Translations under genes and position numbers: made by a program | Origin: Chitinophagales bacterium | Lineage (GTDB): Bacteria; Bacteroidota; Bacteroidia; Chitinophagales; LD1 | Direction: 5' to 3' | Assembly (NCBI GenBank): GCA_035299425.1 | Contig: DATGWP010000239.1 | Location: 1,259 to 65,258 of the forward strand | Length of the DNA stretch: 64,000 nt | Shown here: piece by piece, positions 38,514 through 48,757 of the stretch | How positions within the stretch are numbered: the first letter of the stretch is position 1 | Layout of the letters: the number at the start of each line of letters is the position of its first letter | The notes under the pieces: model-generated | Told to the model about the DNA's origin: nothing | Seen by the model: only the letters and a program-made list of their open reading frames with translations | The model's database searches: none

Positions 38514-38720
38514 ATGAAAAAGATTCTATTCGCCCTGATGGCTGTAGGCTTAATGGCTTCTGCCAGCTCTTGTAAAAAATGTGGTTACTGCAAGTATGCA
38601 AATGGTAGCACAGATGCTGCAGTTTGTAAAAATACTACTGCTTCGGCGCTAGGTGTAGATGGATACAAGGAAGCTGAAACCAACTGCGAAGCTGCAGGCG
38701 GTACCTGGATAGTTAACTAA
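38514..38720 (+). CDS. small cysteine-rich lipoprotein
   Basis: 68 aa with signal plus lipobox MKKILFALMAVGLMASASSC. The mature part begins at the lipobox Cys and has 4 further Cys. A terminator follows. Confidence 0.5.
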   Translation: MKKILFALMAVGLMASASSCKKCGYCKYANGSTDAAVCKNTTASALGVDGYKEAETNCEAAGGTWIVN

Positions 38721-38740
38721 TCCATAAAATTTACCAGTAT

Positions 38741-38776
38741 AAAAAAAGCCATCCGCTATGCGTGATGGCTTTTTTG
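38741..38776. terminator. bidirectional rho-independent terminator between convergent genes
   Basis: A7-AGCCATC-N10-GATGGCT-T5. Confidence 0.75.
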
Positions 38777-38785
38777 CTTTCAGGG

Positions 38786-40216
38786 CTATTTTGATAGAAA
38801 CTCTTTAAACCATTTGCCGCTGGTTTTAACTATACGCTGCTGGGTTTTAAAATCAACGCCCACTATACCAAAGCGCGGACGGTAGCCTTCGGCCCATTCA
38901 AAGTTGTCCATAAAGCTCCAGATAAAATAGCCTCCAACATTAACCCCTTCTTGCTTGGCTTTTAATACCTGCGCCAGGTAATCTTTAATAAACTGCAGGC
39001 GCTTTACATCGTTTATTTCGCCGTTGGTATTCTCATCGGGAAAGGCCGCGCCGTTTTCAGTGATTATAATCTGCGGCATGTTTTTGTAGGCGCCAAATTT
39101 TTTGATGAGGTGGTAAATTCCCTCGGGGTAAACCTCCCAGCCCATATCGGTTAAATCGTGGCCCAGTTTTTTGGCGGGCACATTGGCAAAGTGTATAATG
39201 GGTATCAGGCCCAGTTTATACACTACCATGCGCGAATAGTTTTGCAACCCGATAAAATCAAAATCGAATTTCATTTTCTCTTCATCGCCGGGCTGCATGT
39301 GCTTGATGATGTGCTTGCAGGCGGGCAGGTCGGCTTTGGGATAGCCCAGGCCCATTACCGGGTCTATAAACAGGCGGTTGATGAAGGCATCGGCGCGCTT
39401 AGCGGCTTTAATGTTGCCTGGCTTATCGTTCTTGGCATCTATATGGCTGCAGCTAAAAGTAGTGCCTACTTTAGCGCCGGGTACATTGGCGCGGATAATG
39501 CGGCCACCGGCACCGTGGCACATTACCACATGGTGCACGGCTTTATAAAACTTGCTGAAGTTAACATAGCCCGGTGCATGCACACCTATTAAGTAGCCCA
39601 GTGGCACAAAGGCCATTGGCTCGTTAAACACCATCCAGTTTTTTACCTTGCTGCCATACTCTTTGGTTATCAGGTTTACATATTCCTCGAACCACTTAAT
39701 GCAATCGCGGTTGGCCCAGCCGCCTTTATCTTCCAGGGCCTGTGGTAGGTCCCAGTGGTAGCAGGTAATCCATGGCTCTACGTTTTCTTTCAGGCATTTA
39801 TCTATTACGCGGTGGTAGTAGTCTATACCCTTTTGGTTGACAGCACCGGTGCCCTCTGGCAATACTCGCGACCAACTGATAGAGAAGCGCGATGCCGGGA
39901 TATTCATCTGGTGCATCAGCTCTATATCGCTCTCGTACTTGTGGTAGAAATCGCAGGCCACATCGCCGTTTTCACGGGTCTTAATTTTGCTTTTGTGGTG
40001 GTGGGTAAAGTGGTCCCACACGCTGGGGCCTTTGCCGTCGGTATCCCAGGCGCCTTCTATCTGGTAGGCGGCGGTAGCAGTGCCCCACACAAAGTCTTTT
40101 CCAAACTGTTTGCGGGTTAGCTCGGCGGGGCCCAGCAGGGCGGCCAGTGCGTTGTGGGGTAACAGACTGCCTGCGCCAAGTATGGCGGCTAGTTTGAGGT
40201 ATTCTTCTCTCGTCAT
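38786..40216 (-). CDS. GH1 beta-glucosidase with an N-terminal export signal
   Basis: The catalytic motifs MVFNEPMAF and IIITENGAAF are present. The start is moved to ATG 40216 (MTREEYLKLAAILGAGSLLPHNALAAL). Confidence 0.85.
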   Translation of the reverse strand: MTREEYLKLAAILGAGSLLPHNALAALLGPAELTRKQFGKDFVWGTATAAYQIEGAWDTDGKGPSVWDHFTHHHKSKIKTRENGDVACDFYHKYESDIELMHQMNIPASRFSISWSRVLPEGTGAVNQKGIDYYHRVIDKCLKENVEPWITCYHWDLPQALEDKGGWANRDCIKWFEEYVNLITKEYGSKVKNWMVFNEPMAFVPLGYLIGVHAPGYVNFSKFYKAVHHVVMCHGAGGRIIRANVPGAKVGTTFSCSHIDAKNDKPGNIKAAKRADAFINRLFIDPVMGLGYPKADLPACKHIIKHMQPGDEEKMKFDFDFIGLQNYSRMVVYKLGLIPIIHFANVPAKKLGHDLTDMGWEVYPEGIYHLIKKFGAYKNMPQIIITENGAAFPDENTNGEINDVKRLQFIKDYLAQVLKAKQEGVNVGGYFIWSFMDNFEWAEGYRPRFGIVGVDFKTQQRIVKTSGKWFKEFLSK

Positions 40217-40494
40217 ACGCGATTGTACGAAATAAGTAGGAAGATAATGTAGAAATGTTGATAGGGATTTTGGAGGTGCGCTTTTGGGCCAGGGTGTACC
40301 CATACCATTTTGGTGTAACCACCTTTAGGCTATAAATACCTTGTAGCTAAACAGTTGCAAAAAAGTGATGTAACCACCTTTTGGGGGTTTGTGTAACCAC
40401 CCTGCGTTTTTTGGGTGTTTTAAATATGCTGTATGTTTTTAATATTTAGGGTTATTGACACTATATTGACGTTGATTGTTTGTGCATAGTTTTT

Positions 40495-40735
40495 GGGGGG
40501 CTCAAGGTCATTAACTTAAGCACCACCTCGTCTCGCTTCGCGAGCCACATCCCGAATCGAGTTCGGGACAGGCTCTCCTTAAAAACCGCCGTGGGAGCGG
40601 CGAAGGAGGAGAACTTAACAGCCCATTTCGGCTTAAGTTTATGATATTGGTGGGATGCCATTAAGTGTAATAACAACACACCCCGTCCGGTGCGGGCACC
40701 GGACACCCCTCTCGAGAGGGGATAATGCAAACAGC
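40495..40735 (+). repeat. GC-rich multi-hairpin intergenic repeat (family 1), 1.5 copies
   Basis: Hairpins present: CTCGC-TTC-GCGAG, CCCGAA-TCGAG-TTCGGG, CTCCTT..CCGCC..GCGGCG..AAGGAG, CCGGTGC-GG-GCACCGG and CCCCTCTCGAGAGGGG. It is homologous to 53461-53550. Confidence 0.7.
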
Positions 40736-40819
40736 CAAATACAAAGAAGGTTTTAGCGTGATGAGATTGGCAATAGAGATGTTATAATCTGTGCCGTAAA
40801 ATTACTACTATCGGTATGT

Positions 40820-41608
40820 ATGAGTAAAAAGAGAATTGGCATAATGGGCGCCATGCCCGAAGAGATAGAAGGTATTGCAGCATTGCTAAGCGACCAGCAG
40901 CGTGTAAGCCGCGGGCGACGGATATATTACACCGGGCAGATAAACGGGATAGAAGTTGTATTAGTGTTTAGCCGGTGGGGGAAGGTGGCGGCGGCTACTA
41001 CCGTAACCAACCTGATAGTGGAGTTTAATATAACGCACCTGTACTTTACCGGTGTGGCCGGTGGGGTAAACAGCAATGTGCGCGTAGGCGATATAGTAGT
41101 AGCCACCCGGCTGATACAGCACGATATGGATGCGCGTCCGCTGATGCCACAATACGAGATACCCCTACTGGGCAAAACTTATTTTGAGGTAGGAGCAGAG
41201 GAGTTGAACAGAGCTGTGAGCGCGGTAAATACTGCGCTGCACAGTAAACAGATACATGATGCGCTTGGCCTTGAAACGCTGCAGGCTTTTGGTATAAGTG
41301 AACCCAAAGTATTAACCGGCGATATAGCGAGTGGCGATAAGTTTGTAACAGCCGGAAGCTACCGAGATGAATTATTGGCAGGCTTACCCGATGTGTTGTG
41401 TGTAGAGATGGAGGGCGCTGCTGTGGCGCAGGTGTGTTATGAGTATGGTATACCCTTTAGCATTATCCGCACCATCTCCGACTCGGCCGATGAGCATGCG
41501 CATTTCAATTTTGCCGATTTTATAAAACAGGTGGCGGGTGTGTATTCGTTGAATATTATCAGGGCCTTGTTTTATGCAATGGCGAAGCATGAGGGCGCAA
41601 GAAGCTAA
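40820..41608 (+). CDS. mtnN: 5'-methylthioadenosine/S-adenosylhomocysteine nucleosidase
   Basis: 262 aa with IGIMGAMPEEI, FTGVAGG and VEMEGAAVAQVC motifs. Confidence 0.85.
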   Translation: MSKKRIGIMGAMPEEIEGIAALLSDQQRVSRGRRIYYTGQINGIEVVLVFSRWGKVAAATTVTNLIVEFNITHLYFTGVAGGVNSNVRVGDIVVATRLIQHDMDARPLMPQYEIPLLGKTYFEVGAEELNRAVSAVNTALHSKQIHDALGLETLQAFGISEPKVLTGDIASGDKFVTAGSYRDELLAGLPDVLCVEMEGAAVAQVCYEYGIPFSIIRTISDSADEHAHFNFADFIKQVAGVYSLNIIRALFYAMAKHEGARS

Positions 41609-41657
41609 GCTCAAATGCCCGACTACATTGTTGCGCGAGGGCCGCCATGCTTTTACA

Positions 41658-42926
41658 CTACTGTAGCTGAGTTATAGCTATTGCGCCGCTGCTAACATTT
41701 AGGGTTCCACTGGCGCTTTGCTTTACTGAAACTACATCGCCGGCGTTTAATTTTAGTAGAGCAAAACCTGTTGCCGTTAACGATGAGGTGTTCGAAGTAT
41801 TGAAATTTGTTGCAACTACTCCTGTACTGTTGTTTATCACAATTACCCAGCTGCAAACCGGACCGTTTCTTACTGAGTAATTAATTTGATATATCCCTGC
41901 GCTTGTAACCATAATTTCTCCGGTAGGTTGCTGAATATAGCCTCCGGTGTTTAACCAAGCATAGCCAAAAACAATGTTATTCCCCGTAGCAAGAGCCTGA
42001 TTGGGGGGCTGCACAGCTGCAAACAAATAATTGAGTTTTTTCCAGCTTGCATTACCGTTAGAGTCACTTACAAGTATGTGGCCGGCCCCCTGTGTGCCAT
42101 CCACTAATTTAAATGCGGGCGATGTAGAACCGTTTTCTATATCAAGAGCGGTGGCGGGTGTGTTAGTGCCAATGCCAATATTACCCCCCAGGTTATAAAT
42201 GTTAGTGCCGGTACCAATCCATGATGTGCCATTGTAATAAGCTACTGAACCGGTAGCACCTGTTGAAAGCAACCCTGTTGCCCCCGTAGGTCCTGTAGTA
42301 CCTTGCAAACCATTGGCCCCGGTGGGTCCGGTTGCGCCGTTGGCACCACTTGGGCCGGTGGCCCCTGTTGCTCCTGTAATACCTTGCAAACCATCGGCCC
42401 CGGTGGGCCCGGTTGCGCCGTTAGCACCACTTGGCCCTGTGGCCCCTGTTGCTCCTGTAATACCTTGCAAACCATCGGCCCCGGTAGGTCCGGTTGCGCC
42501 GTTAGCGCCACTTGGCCCGGTGGCCCCAGCATTACCCGAAGTTTGAGCATATAAAGCGTAGGGCACACTCAGTAATTGGGTATTGCCCATATCGGTAAAA
42601 TTAGTACCACCAGCCACGTCAACCTCTACCTGCAGGTACTGGCTGCCACTGCCCCAGCTTACGTTTGCAAGGCTGGCATTATTGCCTATTTGCAAGGTTG
42701 CCAAACCAAATTGGTTAGTAACAGCAGTATCATTTTCGGTAAATACCACAGCGCCGTTAATTGAACCGCTGTGTATTTTAAACAGAAAGCTAACTGTTGT
42801 ATTTGCTACTGGTATGCCTTGTGTATTGCGTACTACAGCCTGGTAGTTTAACAATGCCGGGGCCTGGGCATTTACTATGGCGCACCATAAAAGTGCGATG
42901 GTGCCCGTGAATAGCGATTTAATCAT
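41658..42926 (-). CDS. collagen-like protein with a C-terminal jelly-roll (C1q/BclA-like) head
   Basis: 422 aa with a signal peptide. The N-domain NYQAVVRN...TNQFGL...YLQVEVDV...[15 protein letters not shown] is paralogous to the 1178-aa protein. About 30 Gly-X-Y triplets follow. The C-terminal head of roughly 130 aa includes ...[10 protein letters not shown]...LNAGDVVSV. Confidence 0.8.
   Translation of the reverse strand: MIKSLFTGTIALLWCAIVNAQAPALLNYQAVVRNTQGIPVANTTVSFLFKIHSGSINGAVVFTENDTAVTNQFGLATLQIGNNASLANVSWGSGSQYLQVEVDVAGGTNFTDMGNTQLLSVPYALYAQTSGNAGATGPSGANGATGPTGADGLQGITGATGATGPSGANGATGPTGADGLQGITGATGATGPSGANGATGPTGANGLQGTTGPTGATGLLSTGATGSVAYYNGTSWIGTGTNIYNLGGNIGIGTNTPATALDIENGSTSPAFKLVDGTQGAGHILVSDSNGNASWKKLNYLFAAVQPPNQALATGNNIVFGYAWLNTGGYIQQPTGEIMVTSAGIYQINYSVRNGPVCSWVIVINNSTGVVATNFNTSNTSSLTATGFALLKLNAGDVVSVKQSASGTLNVSSGAIAITQLQ
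42301..42543 (-). repeat. in-frame tandem repeat, 81-nt period x3 (collagen region)
   Basis: CCTTGCAAACCAT.GGCCCCGGT.GG.CCGGTTGCGCCGTT.GC.CCACTTGG starts at 42301, 42382 and 42463. The encoded 27-aa unit is [27 protein letters not shown]. Confidence 0.9.
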
Positions 42927-43231
42927 AAATTAAGTTTTGCGGGTGAAAATCAATAGCGGGTAAAAATATGTTTTTTTAAAATATGGGAATAATTGCCTAT
43001 GGGCAGCCCTATCTGTTGTACTCTGCGCTGCCATCGGCGTAGTGGTGCAGAAGGCCAAAGTACATCGCCGCAAAAAAAATCCCTGTCTACCTGTATGCTT
43101 AACTCAGATGCTTACTACAAGCGAGTTACAGTAAGGCTACATATAGGAAACTGTATCCCAAAAGGATTGTATTTTAAAATCTAATTTCACGAGTTGGTTT
43201 TATATATTCGTTTTTAAAGGCATAAATTCAA

Positions 43232-46200
43232 TTGACTATGAAAACAATTTTTACCCTTCTTTTTGCATGCTTCGCACTTAGTGGTTTTTCGGTTACAACA
43301 TTGGCCGTAGGCCCGGGGCAGACGTATACCAATATTACCACTGCATATGCGGCTATACCCGGCAATTTTAGCGGAGCATATGTAATAGAGCTGCGTGCAG
43401 GATATTCCTCATTAAACGAAACGTTTCCGCTGGTGTTGAATGATAAGGCAGCTTCAAGTGCAGTTAATACCATCACCATAAGACCTGCGGTAAGCGGGCT
43501 GGTAATTGCCAGCGCCAATACGGCGGGAACAGTGCAATTTAATGCTTGCCGTTATGTAACTATTGATGGCAGCGTAAATGGTGCACACGATACTACTAAC
43601 CTTACTATAATTAATACCACCACCACCAGCGCGGCTGTAGTGGTTAAGCCCAACTCAATGCACAATACGCTAACGTATCTCAATCTTTCAGGCGGTGGCG
43701 GAAACTTAAATGGCGTGGTGTATTTCAATTTTGGTACAGCGGGCGTATCGTCCGATAATACTATAAGCTATTGCAACATTGGAGGCATTGGAAATGCATC
43801 TACTGCATATGGTATTTACAGCGACAATACATTAGCCAATTGCTTTCGGACACAAATAATGAACAACAATTTTTCGAAATGTAATACCGGTGTAAGTTTA
43901 TGGAATGCCCAAAATTCGGTTGTAAGAGGAAATAGCTTTTACACGAACTCCCCGATATCCATGAGAGCCATACGGCTTAGTGACAAATGTGATGGCAGTA
44001 TTGTTTTTGGCAATTATTTTGGTGGCACAGGCCCACGTTGTGTAGGTTCACCAGCACAGTTTACCAACACAGGTGATTTTTTCTTTGGACAGACCAATAC
44101 CTCACCTGTTTCTTTGGATAGTAATGTAATACGGAATTTAGAGGTAAGCGGCACTACGGTGAGCCAAACTTTTATCAGCTGCCTGGGGCCGTGCCTGATA
44201 GGTACACAATACGGAAATCTAATAGGCGACACAGCTTCGAACGGCTCGATCAAAATTTTTATAACAGGTACTTCTTCTTTTAGCAACATTCGTTTGATCA
44301 ATGTTTACGGCTACAGCGGCACCTCGCCGTTTTGCAGAGTAGAAAATAATTTGATAGGAGGCATATACATAAAAGGAACCGGAATTGTAAGCATTGCCGG
44401 TGGAACAAGCACCAGCATTTTTAAAAATAATTTCATAGGTAGTACTGTTCTGCCTGATAATATACATTTTAATGCCGGGGGCGATACCCTTATGGTAAAT
44501 GTGGCGGATACATGGAGAATAGTGGAAGGCAACACTTTTTCAGGCATAAAAACAGATAGTGCCAAGTTGACCTTGCATGGTATAGATAACGGGGGATATG
44601 CATTAAACAACACATTTAAAAAAATAACAATTAATAGTATAATACAGGGTTCACCCAAGGTTAATTACCTGCTAAAGGCAGATACTGCATTTAGTAACCG
44701 AATTGCGGGCGTGTACCTGGTGAATGAAAATTATATTTATGGACTCTACTCTACCCGGGTTGCAAGAAATAATACTATTGATAGCCTGTTAAGCATTTTT
44801 ACTATTAATAACGTAAGCAGTTATCATAAAGTGGTTGGTATTTATAATGTAGCCGGAACCAACGTAAGCAATAATTTAGTAACGAATGTTATTGGCGTTG
44901 ATTCAATGCAGCAAAGCGAAGTATTGGGGATATGGTGCTATTCGGGCGATAATATGCATGTGGATAGCAACGTGGTTCGGGGCGTCTATAATCTCAATTT
45001 CAACCGCGGCCAATGTTCTGGTCTGTTTGCCAACGCGGATACGCTTGAGATGTCGCAAAACAATATTTATGATCTAAGGGGAGGTTCTTTGTGCGAGGGT
45101 ATCCAGGCTGCCGGTACACCTCTTAGCTGCCACCACAATGTTGTAAAACAATTAAAGCTTACAGGCATTTCATCTACCCTGATAGGTATAGAATGCATAC
45201 CATCGCAGCCTGCACGGGACCACTGCACCAATAATGTAATATCAGATCTTCTTTTTACACGCCATGCGCCCAGCGGGTCTACCTCGGCAATGGTTATAGG
45301 TATAAAGTACTTAGCGAAAAACAATGGATACGACTCCATAGCGTATAACTTTATTGATAATGTTAGGCCGTATACAAATAATTTTCCCGATGCCAGCGTG
45401 TTTGGCATTTTTACAGAGGGTAGTTCGTATGGGTGTATAGCTCATAACAAATTGACCCATATATATGCCGACAGTGTTGGCTCTCCATCTTTCCTGACCG
45501 GCATAGGCGGTTCGGCCAGCGCTACAAACTTTAAATACATTTACAACAACCAGATACAAATTGGGATAAATGTAAATGGTAATGCAGGTACCGGCCGGGC
45601 TTCCCGATACGGCATATATTATGGCAATTTCACGCCACAGATATACTATAACACCATATATGTTGCCGGTAATGTGTCAGGAGCTCATGAAAATTCTTAT
45701 GTTTTGTATTCCCGTTCAGGCACCGGCGCTTATTATAACAACATCTTTTTAAACGCTACCAATAATTCCGGTGGTACTGGTCTGAATTATGTTGTTCGTC
45801 TGCAATCGGCAGCGAACCAGCAACTGGACTACAATATATACCGCATTGCGGGCAACAATAGTTACGTGGCGAGAATAGATACTGCATCCTTCTCCACGTT
45901 AAGTCTGTTTAAAGCGGCGATACCGGGTCAAAACCTGGCTGCAATGGATACGGATGCCCTTCTGATCAACGTTGCAGGCGATTCAGTCACGGTTAACATG
46001 GGACCTCTTGACAATAGTCCGGCTATTGGTGCGGGTGTGGTATATCAATTGCCCACCACTATAGATTATTACGGCACTACCCGGTCGGGAGTAACACCTA
46101 CTATTGGCGCTATTGAGAAACCAGGGGTGCAAGAGCCGTTTATTGATAGTATAGGAAACGTGTTGTGCACAGGGGCTACATCGGGTTCGATAAAGTTTAC

Positions 46201-47812
46201 TATACCCAATAACCTTTCGTGGGATAGCTGTGTGGTGGTTAATGGCAGCAACGTAGTGGTTGCTACATTTGCCGGTGTATCGGGTACGCATACTATAAGC
46301 CAACTACCTGCCGGAGATTATACTTTTAAATTTTCGAATACAACCGGTGAGCATTATAACACCACGGTTAGTATTACAGGTGTTATACTTTCCCCTGCTT
46401 CGCCACAGGTAAGCCCGCAGACTATTTGTGCGGGCACCGCTACCACTATTACAGCTACAGGTGCGGGTAATTATGCATGGTATGATTCTTTTTCGGGAGG
46501 TAATTTACTTTCCTCTTCTGCCACGTTAAATACGGGGGTGCTTACCAGCAGCACTAACTATTATGTGCAAACAAGCGCTAATGGTTGCCCAAGTGTAAGA
46601 AGCCTGGCAGCAATAACTGCTGTTACCTTAACCGCACCTGTGCTAACACCTACGCCCACCCGGGCTTGCCAAGGACAGAGCATTACTTTGTCTACCGGCG
46701 CCGCAGGCACCATTAAGTGGTATAGCCAGGCTGTAGGTGGGGCTGTAATATATACCGGCAGCAGTTATACCGTGAGCCCAACAACTACTACTATATATTA
46801 TGCCGAGGAAACACAAGGGCAATGTACCGGTGCGCGGGCAAGTGTAACGGTGCAGATAGATTCGGTGCCGCCGGCTCCGCTATTAAGCGGCAGCAACACC
46901 GGTGTTTGCCAGGGTAGCCGCGATACGCTTGCCATTGTAGACCGTGGTTATGTTTATAACTGGTATTTAACAGCGGTGGGGGGCACGGTAGCAGGTACCG
47001 GCGTTACCTTTACTACCCCTATTATTAATAGCACGATGTCATTTTATGTGCAGGCCCAAACAGCCTGGTGCAGCAGTAACAGAACCCAGATACAGGTGTT
47101 TCCGGTAACTACTGCGGCGCCTGTTATAATCCCCAGCCCTGTTGACATTTGCCCGGGAGAATCTGCTGTAATAAGTGTGAATACATCAGCAGGTACCGTA
47201 CGGTGGTTCGATAGCCCTACCGCTACTAACCCGCTTAGTGTAGGTAGTACTTACACTACCGCCCCTGTAAACTCCAATACAGCTTTTTACGCCGATATTG
47301 CAGGTAATAATGGTTGCCTTAGTGCACGTACCGCTGTACAGATTAATTTGCACCCGCAAACCCAGCCTGTAATTACGGTTAACGGGGCTGTACTTACCTC
47401 CAGTATTGCCAGCGGTAACCAATGGTATTTGAACGGAACAATAATACCAGGCGCTACTGCAGCGAACTACACTGCGCCCACCACCGGAGATTATACCGTG
47501 GAAGTTACTAATTCGTATGGTTGTTCGGCTACTTCTACTGTAACACAAGTAATCGTAAATGATGTAGAGGCTTTACAGCAAGCGTTTATTACTATCTACC
47601 CAAATCCTTGTGTAGATTTGCTTAGGGTAGCAACAGATGCGAAAGGGCCTTTTGATGTGGTAGTAATGAGCATGGATGGAAGGTTGATACACCGCGAGTT
47701 AACTATGCAGCAGTCTTTCGATTTAGATATCAGCGGCCTGGTTTCGGGCGCCTATATTTTATCTGTACAAGGCAAGGATGTTTTTGCCCGGAAGAGCTTT
47801 ATTAAGCTTTAA
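43232..47812 (+). CDS. giant T9SS type-A cargo: right-handed parallel beta-helix region plus Ig-like modules
   Basis: 1526 aa with signal MTMKTIFTLLFACFALSGFS. About 900 aa have a short N/G/I-rich repeat character typical of pectate-lyase-fold beta-helices. There are five C.G....L.A.G...WY modules. The CTD is IYPNPCVDLLRV...GAYILSV. Confidence 0.8.
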   Translation: MTMKTIFTLLFACFALSGFSVTTLAVGPGQTYTNITTAYAAIPGNFSGAYVIELRAGYSSLNETFPLVLNDKAASSAVNTITIRPAVSGLVIASANTAGTVQFNACRYVTIDGSVNGAHDTTNLTIINTTTTSAAVVVKPNSMHNTLTYLNLSGGGGNLNGVVYFNFGTAGVSSDNTISYCNIGGIGNASTAYGIYSDNTLANCFRTQIMNNNFSKCNTGVSLWNAQNSVVRGNSFYTNSPISMRAIRLSDKCDGSIVFGNYFGGTGPRCVGSPAQFTNTGDFFFGQTNTSPVSLDSNVIRNLEVSGTTVSQTFISCLGPCLIGTQYGNLIGDTASNGSIKIFITGTSSFSNIRLINVYGYSGTSPFCRVENNLIGGIYIKGTGIVSIAGGTSTSIFKNNFIGSTVLPDNIHFNAGGDTLMVNVADTWRIVEGNTFSGIKTDSAKLTLHGIDNGGYALNNTFKKITINSIIQGSPKVNYLLKADTAFSNRIAGVYLVNENYIYGLYSTRVARNNTIDSLLSIFTINNVSSYHKVVGIYNVAGTNVSNNLVTNVIGVDSMQQSEVLGIWCYSGDNMHVDSNVVRGVYNLNFNRGQCSGLFANADTLEMSQNNIYDLRGGSLCEGIQAAGTPLSCHHNVVKQLKLTGISSTLIGIECIPSQPARDHCTNNVISDLLFTRHAPSGSTSAMVIGIKYLAKNNGYDSIAYNFIDNVRPYTNNFPDASVFGIFTEGSSYGCIAHNKLTHIYADSVGSPSFLTGIGGSASATNFKYIYNNQIQIGINVNGNAGTGRASRYGIYYGNFTPQIYYNTIYVAGNVSGAHENSYVLYSRSGTGAYYNNIFLNATNNSGGTGLNYVVRLQSAANQQLDYNIYRIAGNNSYVARIDTASFSTLSLFKAAIPGQNLAAMDTDALLINVAGDSVTVNMGPLDNSPAIGAGVVYQLPTTIDYYGTTRSGVTPTIGAIEKPGVQEPFIDSIGNVLCTGATSGSIKFTIPNNLSWDSCVVVNGSNVVVATFAGVSGTHTISQLPAGDYTFKFSNTTGEHYNTTVSITGVILSPASPQVSPQTICAGTATTITATGAGNYAWYDSFSGGNLLSSSATLNTGVLTSSTNYYVQTSANGCPSVRSLAAITAVTLTAPVLTPTPTRACQGQSITLSTGAAGTIKWYSQAVGGAVIYTGSSYTVSPTTTTIYYAEETQGQCTGARASVTVQIDSVPPAPLLSGSNTGVCQGSRDTLAIVDRGYVYNWYLTAVGGTVAGTGVTFTTPIINSTMSFYVQAQTAWCSSNRTQIQVFPVTTAAPVIIPSPVDICPGESAVISVNTSAGTVRWFDSPTATNPLSVGSTYTTAPVNSNTAFYADIAGNNGCLSARTAVQINLHPQTQPVITVNGAVLTSSIASGNQWYLNGTIIPGATAANYTAPTTGDYTVEVTNSYGCSATSTVTQVIVNDVEALQQAFITIYPNPCVDLLRVATDAKGPFDVVVMSMDGRLIHRELTMQQSFDLDISGLVSGAYILSVQGKDVFARKSFIKL

Positions 47813-47833
47813 TAAGATTGTAACGGTTAACGC

Positions 47834-48748
47834 TCACTCTATCTCAAACGTCTTTCCTTCTTCGGCCAGGTGGGTGTTGTGAAACACATCACGGCTTTCG
47901 GTGAGGAGGAGGCTGAGGTCTTGATAGCGGGCGGAGAAGTGGCCGATAAGCAAGGTTTGTGCGCCGGCAAGTTTGGCTATGCGGGCGGCCTGCTTGGTGG
48001 TGGTGTGGAAGGTTTCGGCAGCGCGCTCTTTGTGTTCGTCTACAAAGGTAGATTCGTGGTATAGCAGGTTTACGCCTTTTATCTGCTCTATAAAAGTTTC
48101 GATATACACGGTATCGCTGCAATAGGCGTAGCTGCGCGGTGGTGCAGGGTCAAGTGTTAGCTCGGCGTTGGGGATGGTTTCGCCGGTGGCGCATACAAAA
48201 TCGCCGCCCTTTTTTATACCTACAATCTGCTGGTAGGGTATGTTGTACTCGGTTATTTTTTCGGCCCGTATTTTACGCGGGTGTTGTTTCTCTTTAAACA
48301 GAAAGCCGGTGGTAGGCAACCGGTGGGTAAGCAGGATGGTTTCTACGGTAAGGTGGTCGTCTTCGTATATCACCTTTGAGGCATCGGCCAGCACCGGGTG
48401 AAAGATGAGCTCGTAACGTAGCTGGGTTAGGGAGTGCTTAAACTGCACTTCTATAATTTCCTGTAATGCCGGCGGGCCGTACAGGTGCAGCGGATGCTCG
48501 CGCCAGTTAAGGTTAAGGCTGGTAAGCAAAGGCACCAGGCCAAAGTAATGGTCGCCGTGCAGGTGCGATATAAATATGTGGTTGAGGTGTGCGCGCTTGA
48601 TGCTGAAATCGTTCATCCGGAACTGCGCGCCCTCGCCACAATCTATCATAAACAGGTTGCCATTGTAGTTTAAAACCTGCGATGTGGGGTAGCGGTTATA
48701 AGCAGGGATAGCGGCATTGCTACCCAGAATAGTTACATCAAACTGCAT
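47834..48748 (-). CDS. rnz: ribonuclease Z
   Basis: 304 aa with the metallo-beta-lactamase motif ISHLHGDHYFGL and the N-terminus MQFDVTILGSNAAIP...FMIDCGEG. Confidence 0.85.
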   Translation of the reverse strand: MQFDVTILGSNAAIPAYNRYPTSQVLNYNGNLFMIDCGEGAQFRMNDFSIKRAHLNHIFISHLHGDHYFGLVPLLTSLNLNWREHPLHLYGPPALQEIIEVQFKHSLTQLRYELIFHPVLADASKVIYEDDHLTVETILLTHRLPTTGFLFKEKQHPRKIRAEKITEYNIPYQQIVGIKKGGDFVCATGETIPNAELTLDPAPPRSYAYCSDTVYIETFIEQIKGVNLLYHESTFVDEHKERAAETFHTTTKQAARIAKLAGAQTLLIGHFSARYQDLSLLLTESRDVFHNTHLAEEGKTFEIE

Positions 48749-48757
48749 GGGCAGTGA

